Of a stretch of 64,000 bases of DNA, positions 53,806-64,000 are shown piece after piece; the stretch's first letter is position 1; each line of letters opens with the position of its first letter. A program made the position numbers and the translations under genes. The DNA is from Pelagomonas calceolata (lineage: Eukaryota). Location of the stretch: positions 2,170,001-2,234,000 of the forward strand of contig CAKKNE010000001.1 in NCBI GenBank assembly GCA_918797485.1, in the 5' to 3' direction. The notes under the pieces were generated by a model. That model worked only from the letters and a program-made list of their open reading frames with translations, was not told where the DNA came from and did no database searches.

Positions 53806-54465
53806 TCATTCCCAGAAGCTTAGCCCCCCGGCCCGCTCGCCGCGGCAGTTGTGCGCGACCAACTTCCCCGGCGGCGGCCCGCTAAAAACAAAATGGCCCG
53901 AGAAGAAGTAGGGCCCTTCTTCAAGGACGTGGGGCAGCCAGACCCGGTCGTCGGCCCACATCCGATCGTAGGGTATTTCTTCCGGCGCGTGGAAGAGGCC
54001 CACCGCCTGGCCGCCGTCCACCGAAGCTTCATATACGAAAACGCGCATCGGTTCCTCGGAGCAGTCCCGGAACGTAAACAACATAACTCCTGTGCGCACG
54101 CACGACTCGACCTTGACGCCCGACGCCGCCACCGCCTCGGCCACCCGCGCATCGACGTCCTCGTTTTTCGAAAGCGCCAGGCCGAAGTGGAGCTTCCACC
54201 CCACAGCATTCGGCACCTCCAGCAATATGCACCTCGTCCGTCGATTGATGAAGAGCACCATCGCGTGCTCGCGGCAGTCGATCGACGCGTCGTCGACAAG
54301 AGTTATCTGTTGGAAGGGGTCCTTGGCACAATAGACCTCCTCGCCGTGGATGGGCTCGAACATGAGCGGTGCCGTCTGACTGTTCGTGAGCGGTGTCAGG
54401 TAGCTGGACATGGTGAGTGCTTGGGTGCGCAGCAGTGTGCAGAGCAGGCAGTGCCTTATTCGCAT
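53806..54465 (-). CDS. MTH1/NUDT1-like Nudix protein with a degenerate Nudix box
   Basis: GVMLFTF..MRVFVY, EIPYDRMWADDRVWLP, FSGHFVF. Confidence 0.65.
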   Translation of the reverse strand: MRIRHCLLCTLLRTQALTMSSYLTPLTNSQTAPLMFEPIHGEEVYCAKDPFQQITLVDDASIDCREHAMVLFINRRTRCILLEVPNAVGWKLHFGLALSKNEDVDARVAEAVAASGVKVESCVRTGVMLFTFRDCSEEPMRVFVYEASVDGGQAVGLFHAPEEIPYDRMWADDRVWLPHVLEEGPYFFSGHFVFSGPPPGKLVAHNCRGERAGGLSFWE

Positions 54466-54553
54466 GCGGGACGGTCGTGCGGTGCGAAGGCGTACTGGAA
54501 TATGATCTATTCGCAGCCTGGTGCCCGTAAGCACGCCAGGCTCGAAAAGGGCA

Positions 54554-54576
54554 GCTAGCGTACTGTAAGACACTAG
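54554..54576 (+). promoter_or_regulatory. Bipartite motif GCTAGCG-N4-GTAAGACACTAG
   Basis: Consensus copy in a divergent intergenic region. Confidence 0.55.
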
Positions 54577-54741
54577 GAAGCGGCGCGACGACGACGGCGG
54601 CTAACGCAGCCTACGCGCGTAGCTCTGGCGTCGCTGTGATCGCAGCGCTGCAAACGTCTCGAAAAACCCAGCTCTTCGGCCAGAGCAGAGCAAAACCACC
54701 ACTGCCTCTCTCAGCCACTTTACGGGAGCAGCGCAGCAATC

Positions 54742-56043
54742 ATGTGGTGGCCCTACGCCGTCGCCGCGGCCGCCGCGGCGGCGTACGCGATGAGACCTCG
54801 CCACAAATACAAGGTACCGGTGCGCCAGTCCTGGACGCTCCGAGCATTAAACGCGCTGCTCTGGCCGAGCTGCTTACTGCAGGACTGCTGCGGCATAAGC
54901 GTCCCGCGCGTGGGCAAGATGCTGCGCTGGCCGCTGTCTCTACCACGACTGATGGCCGAGGCCGAACGACGCACGAAACTCTCAGATTGGGCGCGGGACG
55001 AGTCCTTCCCGGGCCTGTACGAAGTAGCGGTAGCTAGGCTGAACGAAACACAACCGACGCCCGTCGGGCGATTAATTGCCTTTGACTATCTGATGCGTAG
55101 ACTCATGACGAGGCTGCAAGTCATTGACAGGGCCAAGTCAAAGCCGGACCCGCGATTCGTGCCGCGAGCACCTATCGTCGTAATGGGCCTGCCGCGCACG
55201 GGCACGACGTTCCTGCACCGCTTATTGGCGTTGGATCCTGCCAATAGGTGCCCGGAGACGCACGAGCTGCTGGATCCGCTGTCCCAGAGACCTCTGCACA
55301 AGCGCGTCAAGTACTGGGATTCGAAATTGAATCTGATGAAGCGCCTCGTGCCCCATTTGGAACAGATCCACGATTTAGGTGCCCGAGAAGCCGAGGAGTG
55401 TCTGTTGGCGTTGTCCGTCGACGTGCCTTTACTCCCGCCGACGTTCCGCCATTTGGTAAGGCACTGCGTTGCCAATGGCACCTTCCCCTCGCTCCAAAGA
55501 GCCTACGCCCTTTACAAACGCCAGCTCGAGTTCCTCGCCGCCGAGAAAGGAGAAAACAAGCGCTGGGCGCTCAAGTGCCCCGCTCATTTACCTTACGTCT
55601 CCGACCTCCTGAAGGAGTTCCCCGACGCTAGGATAGTGTGGACGCACCGCGACCCGCGCGAATCGATCCCGTCGCTCTGCTCCATGTTTCGCACGTTCGC
55701 GGACATGGGGGAGACCGGTCCAATAGATTTGGAGGCGATCGGGCGGGAGCAGGTTAGTTTTTGGGGCGCGGCCTGCGACCGGGCGCTGGATGTTGCGTGT
55801 TGCGACGTGGCCTACGCGGACCTGGTCAGGGACCCGGTCGCTGCTGTCAAACGCGTCTACGCGGCGTGCGACCTGACGGTCTCTCCCCAATTTGAAAGAG
55901 CGCTGGAATCGCATCTGGCGACGCGGTCGCGGTCGTCGTCCCACGTATACTCGCTCGGCGAGTACGGGTTGGATGGAGACGCCGTGCGGGCGCGGTTTTT
56001 GGGGTACTCGGAGGCGATGCGCAGTAGGGGTGTGGTTGTGTAA
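54742..56043 (+). CDS. Sulfotransferase family protein
   Basis: GLPRTGTTFLHRLL (5'PSB loop), LKCPAH, WTHRDP..S. Confidence 0.9.
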   Translation: MWWPYAVAAAAAAAYAMRPRHKYKVPVRQSWTLRALNALLWPSCLLQDCCGISVPRVGKMLRWPLSLPRLMAEAERRTKLSDWARDESFPGLYEVAVARLNETQPTPVGRLIAFDYLMRRLMTRLQVIDRAKSKPDPRFVPRAPIVVMGLPRTGTTFLHRLLALDPANRCPETHELLDPLSQRPLHKRVKYWDSKLNLMKRLVPHLEQIHDLGAREAEECLLALSVDVPLLPPTFRHLVRHCVANGTFPSLQRAYALYKRQLEFLAAEKGENKRWALKCPAHLPYVSDLLKEFPDARIVWTHRDPRESIPSLCSMFRTFADMGETGPIDLEAIGREQVSFWGAACDRALDVACCDVAYADLVRDPVAAVKRVYAACDLTVSPQFERALESHLATRSRSSSHVYSLGEYGLDGDAVRARFLGYSEAMRSRGVVV

Positions 56044-56060
56044 GATGTACAACAGACATG

Positions 56061-56861
56061 TTAGCTACTCGACGACGACGACGACGACGAGCGTTTGCGT
56101 TTCTTCTTCTTCTTGGACTTCTTCTTGTGCTTCTTCTTGCGTTTCTTCGCAGGCCGCGCATCATCGTCGCCCGCGAGGCGCTTCAGCAGCGCCCGCTTCT
56201 CGCGAGATGATAAAGACGCCAGCAGCGCTGCGTCCGCGTCCTCCTCCTCCTCGTCATCATCCAGCAGGGCGTAGCCCTCGTTCGCCGAGCCGTGGGCCCG
56301 CACGACGCCGTCGGACGCGACGGCGGCCGTCGCCGCGGCCTTGAGCACGAGGCGGTTCCGCGCGTCGAGGGCCGTCTGCGCGATCGCCGCCGACGTCAAA
56401 TTCCTTTGTCTTTCCGCAGGATCGACGCGTCGCGCTTCCGCGTGCGCATCGAAGGTCTCCGACGGTCTTTCCGGCTCCGGCTCCGGTGGCTCCGGCTCCG
56501 GCGCCTTTTCGACAAGCGGCTCGGGCTCGCCTCTTTTCCGCCGCGCCGCCGCGAGCCGCCGCGCTTCAAACGCTAAAGCGGCCTCGTCGGCGGCACCCGC
56601 GCGCGGCGCCGCGCCACTCGTATTTGTGCCGGTCGGAGCCTTGTACATAAAATCGATGCCCGCCGGCTTCGCGCCGCCGCGGTTCGGCAGTAAGGCATCC
56701 AACTCCTCCCGCGCGCGCTCCTGCTTGAGCTCCTCCTGGCGCTCCTCCAAACGCTGCTGCTCCTCGCGCTGCCGCTCCTCGGCCTCGAAGAGCAGCGTCT
56801 GGTTCTGTCTTGAGGAAGGATGCCAGGGCTTGTTGTTGAGGAACTCGCCGATCTTGCCCAT
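56061..56861 (-). CDS. CIR/CWC25-like splicing protein (Cir_N domain)
   Basis: FLNNKPWHPSSRQNQ..FEAE, DFMY, Lys/Ser-rich tail. Confidence 0.8.
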   Translation of the reverse strand: MGKIGEFLNNKPWHPSSRQNQTLLFEAEERQREEQQRLEERQEELKQERAREELDALLPNRGGAKPAGIDFMYKAPTGTNTSGAAPRAGAADEAALAFEARRLAAARRKRGEPEPLVEKAPEPEPPEPEPERPSETFDAHAEARRVDPAERQRNLTSAAIAQTALDARNRLVLKAAATAAVASDGVVRAHGSANEGYALLDDDEEEEDADAALLASLSSREKRALLKRLAGDDDARPAKKRKKKHKKKSKKKKKRKRSSSSSSSSS

Positions 56862-57350
56862 GGTTGCGTGTTTCGCTCGTCGTGTTTTTCACCCGTCGCG
56901 TCGGCCGCGTGTGTGCTGCGCACAGCTGCACCACCTGATGGGCTTTGCACAAGCCGCTGCCGCCTAGATCGCTGGCGGCCAGCGAGACAGCGAGGCGCGC
57001 AATTACGACAGCACTTGTGCACCGCTATCTGTCACACAATATGCTGCTGTGCCTTTGCTGTAGAGCCGCTGCGAGCTGGCCAAAATAATTAGCTAGCGTT
57101 TTAAGACACACTTATTTTCCTAAAATCTGCGGCCTGGGTCTCTGCTTGTTCGCCTGCATAGACGGCCAAGAGAGATCTGTATTCTCTCAGGGAATCTACC
57201 GAGCTGTGACCAGTGCGTGGGCACGCTCGCGCGAGCAACGCAGCAGGCCACGGCTCCCTCCCCCCGAGAGCGTGGCACGACGCCGTCGCGCAAGCCGCGG
57301 AAACGACAACAGACGCGACAACAGACGCGACAACACGCCAGAAAGGCACC

Positions 57351-60300
57351 ATGCCCCCCGCGATGGACGGCTTCCTCCAGCGACGAACGAGGTACGGCGC
57401 GTGGAAGGAAAGGTATTTCAGGATCGAGGGCTACCAGCTCAAGTATTATAGTGATCATTTGACGGCCATCAAAGCGACGCGGAACGACGAGGGCCCCTAT
57501 CAATACGATGCTGTTGGTTCCGCCGCGGAAGCTATTGATTTACGAGGCGAGACGTCCCTCGAAAATACGGAAGACACTCAATTCTTGCTCAAGCACGGCT
57601 CTCGCCGATTAGAAGTTCGGTTAGATTCCAAACAACAAAGAGATGAGTGGGTGAAGACTTTAAGAACCATAGTGGAAGAACACGGGAAAAGACAAACACG
57701 CGTCGGCACGCTGTCGATCGAGTGCGACGGCGCCTACGTCATGAGCCAGCCCGAGGCTTGTAGTTTACAGTTCCAGTTCCGGGACCACGTCTTCTCGTCG
57801 CCGCCCCAAGAGATCGAAAAGCGGCCCGAGTTGATCTACGAGAACCTCGATGGCGTTTTTAACGACGTCGGCTTCTGTCCCTTGAAGCTGCGGGCGTCCC
57901 TGCCGGTCTACCAGACGTCGAACCAGTTCGAGTTACGAGTGGTACCCTCGACCATAGCGGCTGCCGATGCCGCGCGAGCGGCCAAAGAGTCCAAACCCAA
58001 GCGCTGGTTCGGCGGCGAAGATGACACTACCCTAGAAAGAGCCTCGGAAACCTTGCGGGCGAAGCACTCGGAAAAGGTGAAGAAGGCGAATTCTAAATTG
58101 TACGACGCGCTGGTTGGCGAGGACCATCACAAGGAGCCCTTTGCTGTCCGACATTCTACGTTGTTCGAGTTGCGAGCCGAATCCGCAGCCTCGGACGTCG
58201 GGTGTGTCCTAAGGCCGGCCCAAGCGTTGAGGAGGGCGACGCATGCTATACGGGCGCATCGGCGCGACGCGGCCGCCGCGTCGGCCCTAGAAGGTGACGT
58301 CGCGTTCGACCCGTGGTGGCCGGCGCGCGCGCCGGACGGCACGGCGCCGCGGTCGGGCTGGCGCTGGTACGCGCTGTTTGACCGCGTCGCCGAGCCGGAC
58401 CACGAGGCGGAAAAGGAGGACGTCGGTCCCTTGAAGGTGAGAGCTCTATTGCATTGTAAATTGCGGTACGACGAAGGGTTGCTAGCCGTGGCGCACGCCC
58501 TACCGAGGTACGAAGCGCGGGACGAGCACGACGAATTTCGCACGGACTTACTGACGGGAGGTATGACTCGTTTAGCGGCCGCCAGTGATCAACTAAAAGA
58601 CTACCAGAAGGGCTTTTTTGAATTGGTCGCTTGTAGACACCTCGGGAAATCATTAGTAGCGTACGTGTTCCTCATGGCCGGGTTGTTGCTACCGCCGGAG
58701 CACGCCGCTTTGAGCATTGCTCCCTTCGCTCTGTTGGCGTTGATGCTCGCAGGCTTACCGAAAGCGCGCCACGTGGGCACGGAGGACTACTTCCAGCGAG
58801 ATAAGGTCTCGGCGATCAAGCGGCCGGTCGCCGAGGTTTCTGTCGCGGTTCTACAGGGTCGCAATCTCGTGGCCGGCGACGCGGCCTTTTCGGAGAACCC
58901 CTCGTCGGATCCGTACGTTGTTGTGGTACATAAACCACCTCAGAATAAGCATCGCCTGGCCGACGTCATTGTTGGGATTTCAGCGGCCAAGCTCAAAACG
59001 CTCAATCCCGAGTGGCTCGGCCGAGGTGTCGACCGACTGCAGAAGATGGAAGAGGAGGACGAACTAGAAAGGCCCAAAGTCGGGCGAGCTTTATCGGCCG
59101 ACTCGCACTTGGATCAGATCTTCTCGCTCATTGCGCCTGGTCTACACAGTGAAGGCACGCTCATAGCCGATGTGAGTGAAGCAAACAAGTCGCGAGACGC
59201 TTCGAAGTTATCAGGTGCCGCATTAGCTGTTTATGGACATGTGAAAGCACCAGCAATAGATTTTCGCGCGAAGTGGCGGCCCGGCCACGCCCCCAGCGAG
59301 GCGGCCTGGAACTATCCCCTGCTGCAGGAGGTCGACAGTGGCGGTGTCGTCGAGACGCTGGTGCCCTGGCGGCGCTGCAAGGGTTCTGTATTGGTGGACG
59401 TCTATGACAGAGACGTGGCGTCCTCAGATGATTTCTTAGGTAGGGTCAGTATACCTTTAAGGGATGTCGCTCGAGCGAAGAACAAGAGTGTGGAGGGCTG
59501 GTACGCCATCGAGCCGTCCGGCGATGAGGTCAAAGACAAAGCCTTACATGATCACCTGAAGAAGAAGGGGCTCACCAAAGCTCCTCGTAAGGGAGAAACT
59601 TTTGGCGCTTTAAGACTAAGACTCTCGCTGCGCGTCGAGACGACGCGGGCCCAGACCATCCGGCCCTGGGCCGACTGGCGCTCGGAGCAGGCTCTCTGTA
59701 GGACGCTACTCGAACCCGCGACGCAAGAGGGTGGTAGCAAGAAAGGGTACGTCGGGCAGTACAAGTCCGTGACGCGGACCATGAAGCGCACGCAAGATGA
59801 CATCCTGTGGATCGCCGGGTTGTTGGAAAGGTTCCTGGCGTTATGTACGTGGCAGCATCCCCGCAAAACGCTATTCTTTTGTTTTGGGTTACTTATGGCT
59901 TACGTCGTCTGTTGCTTGATCCCCAACCGGTTGTTAGTGGCAGCGGTCATCAGTAAGATGTTCCTGGGCGGCTTGATGAAGAGGTTGAGGTACGGCAACA
60001 AAGTGATCAGGAAGGGTCACAAAGCGCGGGACGCGACGCAAGTCATGGCCGAAAATTTCTTAAGTTCCTTGCCGACGGCGCCGCAACGAGAAGTTGCGGC
60101 TCGCCATAAACGTCTCGTAAGAGCCCAGCAGCACAAGCGGGAATTAGGTCGTGTTAGAGTGGCATTGAACTTTGCGTTCCGGGCGACGTGCATGGGCCGC
60201 TGTGCGTTTCCCGTGAGTCAATTGGGCAGGGCTCTGAGAGGAGTGGTCGATGTTGATGGCTTAGAAGATGAGACGCAAAAAAAGGAGTGGGCGTCCGGTT

Positions 60301-60557
60301 TTTGCGCGGTGGTCACCGGGTTGTTGATCGTGTGGCCGTCGCTGGATGACGCGGCGGCTAATAGGAAACCAGAGAGAGTTTTGGAATTAGCTGGTCCTTT
60401 GACGGAGGCGCCCGTCGATGCGCCTTCACCAGAAAGAGGCATGGCGGCGGTGGCCGTGTGCACGCGCGGCGCGCTGAACCCCGTCGTCTTCGCCGTCAAG
60501 GTCGAGATGGTCGACGCGTTCGCCGCCGCGATTCGGAGCGAGGCGGCGAAGCGCTGA
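57351..60557 (+). CDS. PH + C2 + transmembrane (MCTP-like) protein
   Basis: GFLQRR..WKERYF PH domain; QGRNLV..SDPYV..VYDRD..SDDFLGRV C2 domain; TWQHPRKT + TM. Confidence 0.85.
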   Translation: MPPAMDGFLQRRTRYGAWKERYFRIEGYQLKYYSDHLTAIKATRNDEGPYQYDAVGSAAEAIDLRGETSLENTEDTQFLLKHGSRRLEVRLDSKQQRDEWVKTLRTIVEEHGKRQTRVGTLSIECDGAYVMSQPEACSLQFQFRDHVFSSPPQEIEKRPELIYENLDGVFNDVGFCPLKLRASLPVYQTSNQFELRVVPSTIAAADAARAAKESKPKRWFGGEDDTTLERASETLRAKHSEKVKKANSKLYDALVGEDHHKEPFAVRHSTLFELRAESAASDVGCVLRPAQALRRATHAIRAHRRDAAAASALEGDVAFDPWWPARAPDGTAPRSGWRWYALFDRVAEPDHEAEKEDVGPLKVRALLHCKLRYDEGLLAVAHALPRYEARDEHDEFRTDLLTGGMTRLAAASDQLKDYQKGFFELVACRHLGKSLVAYVFLMAGLLLPPEHAALSIAPFALLALMLAGLPKARHVGTEDYFQRDKVSAIKRPVAEVSVAVLQGRNLVAGDAAFSENPSSDPYVVVVHKPPQNKHRLADVIVGISAAKLKTLNPEWLGRGVDRLQKMEEEDELERPKVGRALSADSHLDQIFSLIAPGLHSEGTLIADVSEANKSRDASKLSGAALAVYGHVKAPAIDFRAKWRPGHAPSEAAWNYPLLQEVDSGGVVETLVPWRRCKGSVLVDVYDRDVASSDDFLGRVSIPLRDVARAKNKSVEGWYAIEPSGDEVKDKALHDHLKKKGLTKAPRKGETFGALRLRLSLRVETTRAQTIRPWADWRSEQALCRTLLEPATQEGGSKKGYVGQYKSVTRTMKRTQDDILWIAGLLERFLALCTWQHPRKTLFFCFGLLMAYVVCCLIPNRLLVAAVISKMFLGGLMKRLRYGNKVIRKGHKARDATQVMAENFLSSLPTAPQREVAARHKRLVRAQQHKRELGRVRVALNFAFRATCMGRCAFPVSQLGRALRGVVDVDGLEDETQKKEWASGFCAVVTGLLIVWPSLDDAAANRKPERVLELAGPLTEAPVDAPSPERGMAAVAVCTRGALNPVVFAVKVEMVDAFAAAIRSEAAKR

Positions 60558-60632
60558 TTTCCTCCCGTGTAATTTTGCCTTTTTGCTCGGTCACGAATGA
60601 ATCTATATACACAGAGGAGGAGTCGCGCGCGC

Positions 60633-61455
60633 CTACTTCCAGCACTGCTTGCAGGCGTTGTCGACGAGCTTGTTGTCCTTGACGACGAAGCGGGTAAACG
60701 GCAACGCATTGCCGCAGACGGCGCACGGGACCTCGGTGTCCTTGTACCGGATCGACTTGTAGAGCGGCTGGCCCGGGCACCCGGGGCATTGCGCGAACGC
60801 CTTCGTCACGCCGTCGCCTCGCGTCATCCCGCAGATCAACGACTTGGCCTGGGCCCCCGCGCCGTTGGCCTGGGCTCCCCCGGCGGTCCCTGGCCCCCCA
60901 CTAGAGTCCGTGTCCATGGCTATCCCAAAGACGAGCGCCGTCGCGGCGGCGCAAGCGTCGTTGTTCGCCGCCGCTTGGGCCAGCCTCGTGATGCAGACGG
61001 GGCATTGGTAGACCGGCGCCGACGGCGCAGGATAACCCGAGCTAGGTACGCCGCAGATAGGCATGAGCGTGTTCTGGATGTAAGCGATGTCTCCTTTTTT
61101 CGGCACGGCCTTGAGCTGGCCAATGATGGGCCCGCACGCGACCTTGGGCGTCTGAGGGGCCGCCGGTTGCCAGGGCGGCGTCGCGGGTCCTTGGCCAGGA
61201 CACGTGCAGCACGTGGCGCAGTTCGACCCCGGCCAGCACGACGGGCCCATGCACTGGGCCGCGCAGGTCCACGGCGAGAACCGCGCGCCCATGCATTGCG
61301 GAGACGTGTTCCCGCTCCACGTGCCGCCGCTGAGCGAGTTAGGGGTCGAACCGTAGAGGCTCGCGACGCCGCCCGCGGTCTTGGGGGCCAGGCTCAGGGC
61401 CGCGCCGACGAGACCTGCGCGGAGAATCGGTAAATCGGCGAGCGACACACAGCAT
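60633..61455 (-). CDS. Secreted Cys-rich protein; probable 34-nt intron at 61415-61448
   Basis: Splicing gives the signal peptide MLCLVGAALSLAP; many CxxC motifs. Confidence 0.65.
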
Positions 61456-61472
61456 TTTGGGACGAGCGAGAA

Positions 61473-61514
61473 TCTGACCCGTACCGTTATCGGTACGGGT
61501 CACACAGGCCCTAG
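61473..61514 (+). mobile_element. Helitron-type 3' terminus (hairpin + CTAG)
   Basis: 12-bp stem TGACCCGTACCG/CGGTACGGGTCA, 8-nt spacer, then CTAG followed by T. Confidence 0.65.
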
Positions 61515-61704
61515 TGAGTTTTGCGCCACTAGCATTTAAGCTGTTTTACGCCGCTCGTCAGAACGCTGTTCTTCGCCGCTCGTCCTTTCCGTCCCCGTAA
61601 AAGCGTTTCTCTCGCTCCCCGCGTTCCGATGAGCACCTTTTCAAAACCATCCGAGCCCACCTTGCCGCGAAACTGCCGCCGACACTAGGACCGTTTCGGA
61701 CCCG

Positions 61705-61795
61705 CTCTAACCCGACTCTCGCCCAACCCTAACCCTAACCCTAGTCTCATCCTAATCCTAACCCTTACTCGGGACCGAATCCTAACCTCAACCTC
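61705..61795 (+). repeat. Degenerate interstitial telomeric repeats (CCCTAA)n
   Basis: aaccctaaccctaaccctag...cctaatcctaaccctta...cctaacctcaacc. Confidence 0.7.
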
Positions 61796-62200
61796 GCGAC
61801 AGACAAAAAAAAGTCGAGGCAGTCATTCCGATTCTGACTTTTTCCATCTCAACTTCCCCATAGTTACTTCATCACATTCGTCAATAATCGCTACAGTAAG
61901 CCGTTTGCGAAGAGCTCCCTCTCCTATAAATTTGTAAGCTTTCTCGTAGTCTATTGGAGTTGTAGTACTGAAAATAAATATTTCAGGACCAGGTGCATCA
62001 TGTTGGTCTTCAGGGGCGAAGAATGGATCTCTCCATCTTACGTGCGGGGGAAGGGTCGACAAAGGGCATCCGGAACGAATCCGGTGGATATCCTCGGCCC
62101 GAAGACGTGCACCCGGTGCGCGTCGTCGAACGTCATAACGCCTCATATGTCGTCGAGGGTGGCGGCCGCGGGGGCAGGGGGGGCGCGGCCGGGAACGCCG

Positions 62201-64000
62201 TCACGCCCAGTGGCGGCGCGTCGACAGCGTGTACGAGTCGCCCTGCACCGCGAGCGGCTCCTTGCGGCCCGACGTCGGCACGCAGTCCTTGGCCGTCTCC
62301 ATCGACGAGCGGTTCGACACGAGCTTGTTCACGCGGCAGCACGCCGTCGCCGCGACCGCCAACGCGACGAGCGCCGCGATCAACCCGGCGATGGCCACGG
62401 CGCCGGCCTTCTCGACGTCGGACTTCTTCGCGCCCTTTTTGGAACCGCCCGAAAATCCCAAGTCGCGCATGGCCTGCTCGCAGCCAGCCTCGCACGTCGT
62501 GTCGACCGCATCCAAGGGCGACTCCGTCGCGTCCAGCTGCGTCTTGAGGGCGGCGTTCTCGGTCTCGAGGTCCTCGACGCGCTGCATGAGGGCGTCGAAG
62601 TCCTCCTTCTCCTGCGCGGGGCGGGGACGCGTCGACGGCGACTCTCTCCGACAGCGGTGCGCCATCGACGCGTCACCTCCGAAGGCAATCAATAAACGAC
62701 GCAACTCACCACGGAGCCCCAGCCGTGGTCGTGGTCGCCGCCCGGGCCGTCGTGGTCGCCGCCGTCCTCGGCCTCGTCGCCGTCGCCTTCGATCAAATCG
62801 GACTGCACGCCCAGCGCGTACTCGTAGTAGTGGCGGCGCTTCGCCGAGATGACGTAGTCGAGCTGGCCGCCGCCCTTGTCCGTGTCGTATTCCTGTGTGG
62901 TGTACCGTCGGGTGCGTTCGATACTTCATGGGCAAGTGACCGATACGCGATTCGAACGCGTAACCTTCGATTATGACGCGCTACTGTTGCGCCAATCGGT
63001 CGAAGGCGTCCGTAGAAGAATAGGACGCGGCCCGCGGTACGAAGGTCCACTCCGGCTCGTCGTCGGTCTTCATCATCCCGATGGCCTTCTGGGCCATCTC
63101 CAGGACGTCGGCGGGCACGGGCTGGAAGTTGTACAGCTTCACCATCTCCTGACCTCGCGGCGACAGCACGAACTCGACCCAGGCCTTCAGCAACGGTCCT
63201 TTTTTGTTGTTGCCCGTCTGGTCCTCGCGGATGTACATGTAGGAGATGGCCACGATGGGCCAGGTCGTCTCGCCCGGCATATTATGTAAAGAAACTTCGC
63301 TGAAGTCCGCAGCAGGATCGTCGGGCATGACGCCCGTCTTCAGCGCTTCTTCCGCGGCCATCTGCACGCCGCCCTGCGCGATGGAGGCCGACGTCGTCCA
63401 GTAGTTCCCGTCCTTGTTCTGGAGGGCGATCTCGTGCAACCCGTCCTCGATGCCATGACCCGAGTCGATGTAGCCGATACTCCACTCCGTGGCGGCGATC
63501 ATGGCGCTCATCTGGCCGCTGCCTTCGACGTTGAACGTCGACGCGGGCCAGTCGATCTTCGACCCGACCTTGTCGGCCGGCCACTTGTCGGGACACGCCG
63601 CGTGCAAATACTGCGTGATGCCCTTTGTGGTCGAGGAGCCGTAGGTCCGGTGGTAGACCACAATCTTCTCGCCGGACGGCGGATCGAAGTCGCCGTCCTG
63701 AATCTCAAGAATAGCTTCGTCGTCCCACGTCGTAATGACACCGTTGAAGATGTCCGCGAGCACGCAGGCCGTGAGCTTGAGGCCGTTGTCCGGCTGGTAG
63801 TCGGCAGGAACGTTGTCGAAGAAGGCCATGGCGCCCAATGCGAAGGGCACGTGGAGCACTTCGACGCCCGCACTTCTCATGGCGTCGTACTTGTCCTTCG
63901 GGAAGGGCATGTCGCCGCTGCCGAAGTCGTTGTAGGCGCCGCCCTCGTGGGCGTTGACGGCGAGCGGGTCGTCGTCGGTGTTGCCCATGAACTCGTACCT
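62201..64000 (-). CDS. PstS-type phosphate-binding protein with coiled coil and C-terminal TM anchor; introns 62893-63040 and 62612-62709; 5' end outside the window
   Basis: DFGSGD.P, IFNG.IT.WDD, HRTYGSSTT, SIGYID, WPIV.ISY; GT-AG introns join PEWTF|EYDTD and WGSV|EKEDF in frame. Confidence 0.88.

Noticed and set aside
56071..56135. (GAC)n and (TTC)n runs
   Set aside because: They encode the poly-Ser and poly-Lys tail of the CIR/CWC25-like protein.

Overview
GC-rich, gene-dense, intron-poor eukaryotic DNA. The gene families and the CTGTGTGGAAATCA-type introner elements point to a pelagophyte alga (Pelagomonas/Aureococcus-like; inferred). About 35 ordinary genes are supported, including ferroportin, MED31, a CHD remodeler, a Pol X, patatin, an SLC17/PHT4 transporter, DAG lipase, SDRs, a PPP phosphatase, COG2, a sulfotransferase, a CIR/CWC25-like protein and PstS. 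Main finding: a ~5.15 kb insertion (9746-14891) splits an ankyrin/SUMO-like gene, and removing it restores the reading frame. It carries a large RAG1/Transib-like DDE transposase and a convergent accessory ORF. It has no clear TIRs, but has a 4-bp direct repeat and a Helitron-like hairpin+CTAG end. Also seen: three introner (intron-generating TIR) elements of different ages and orientations, a recurrent bipartite GCTAGCG-N3/4-GTAAGACACTAG promoter motif, a Helitron-type 3' end next to interstitial telomeric repeats, and gene-fragment debris. All family assignments come from motif recognition by eye, not from database searches.
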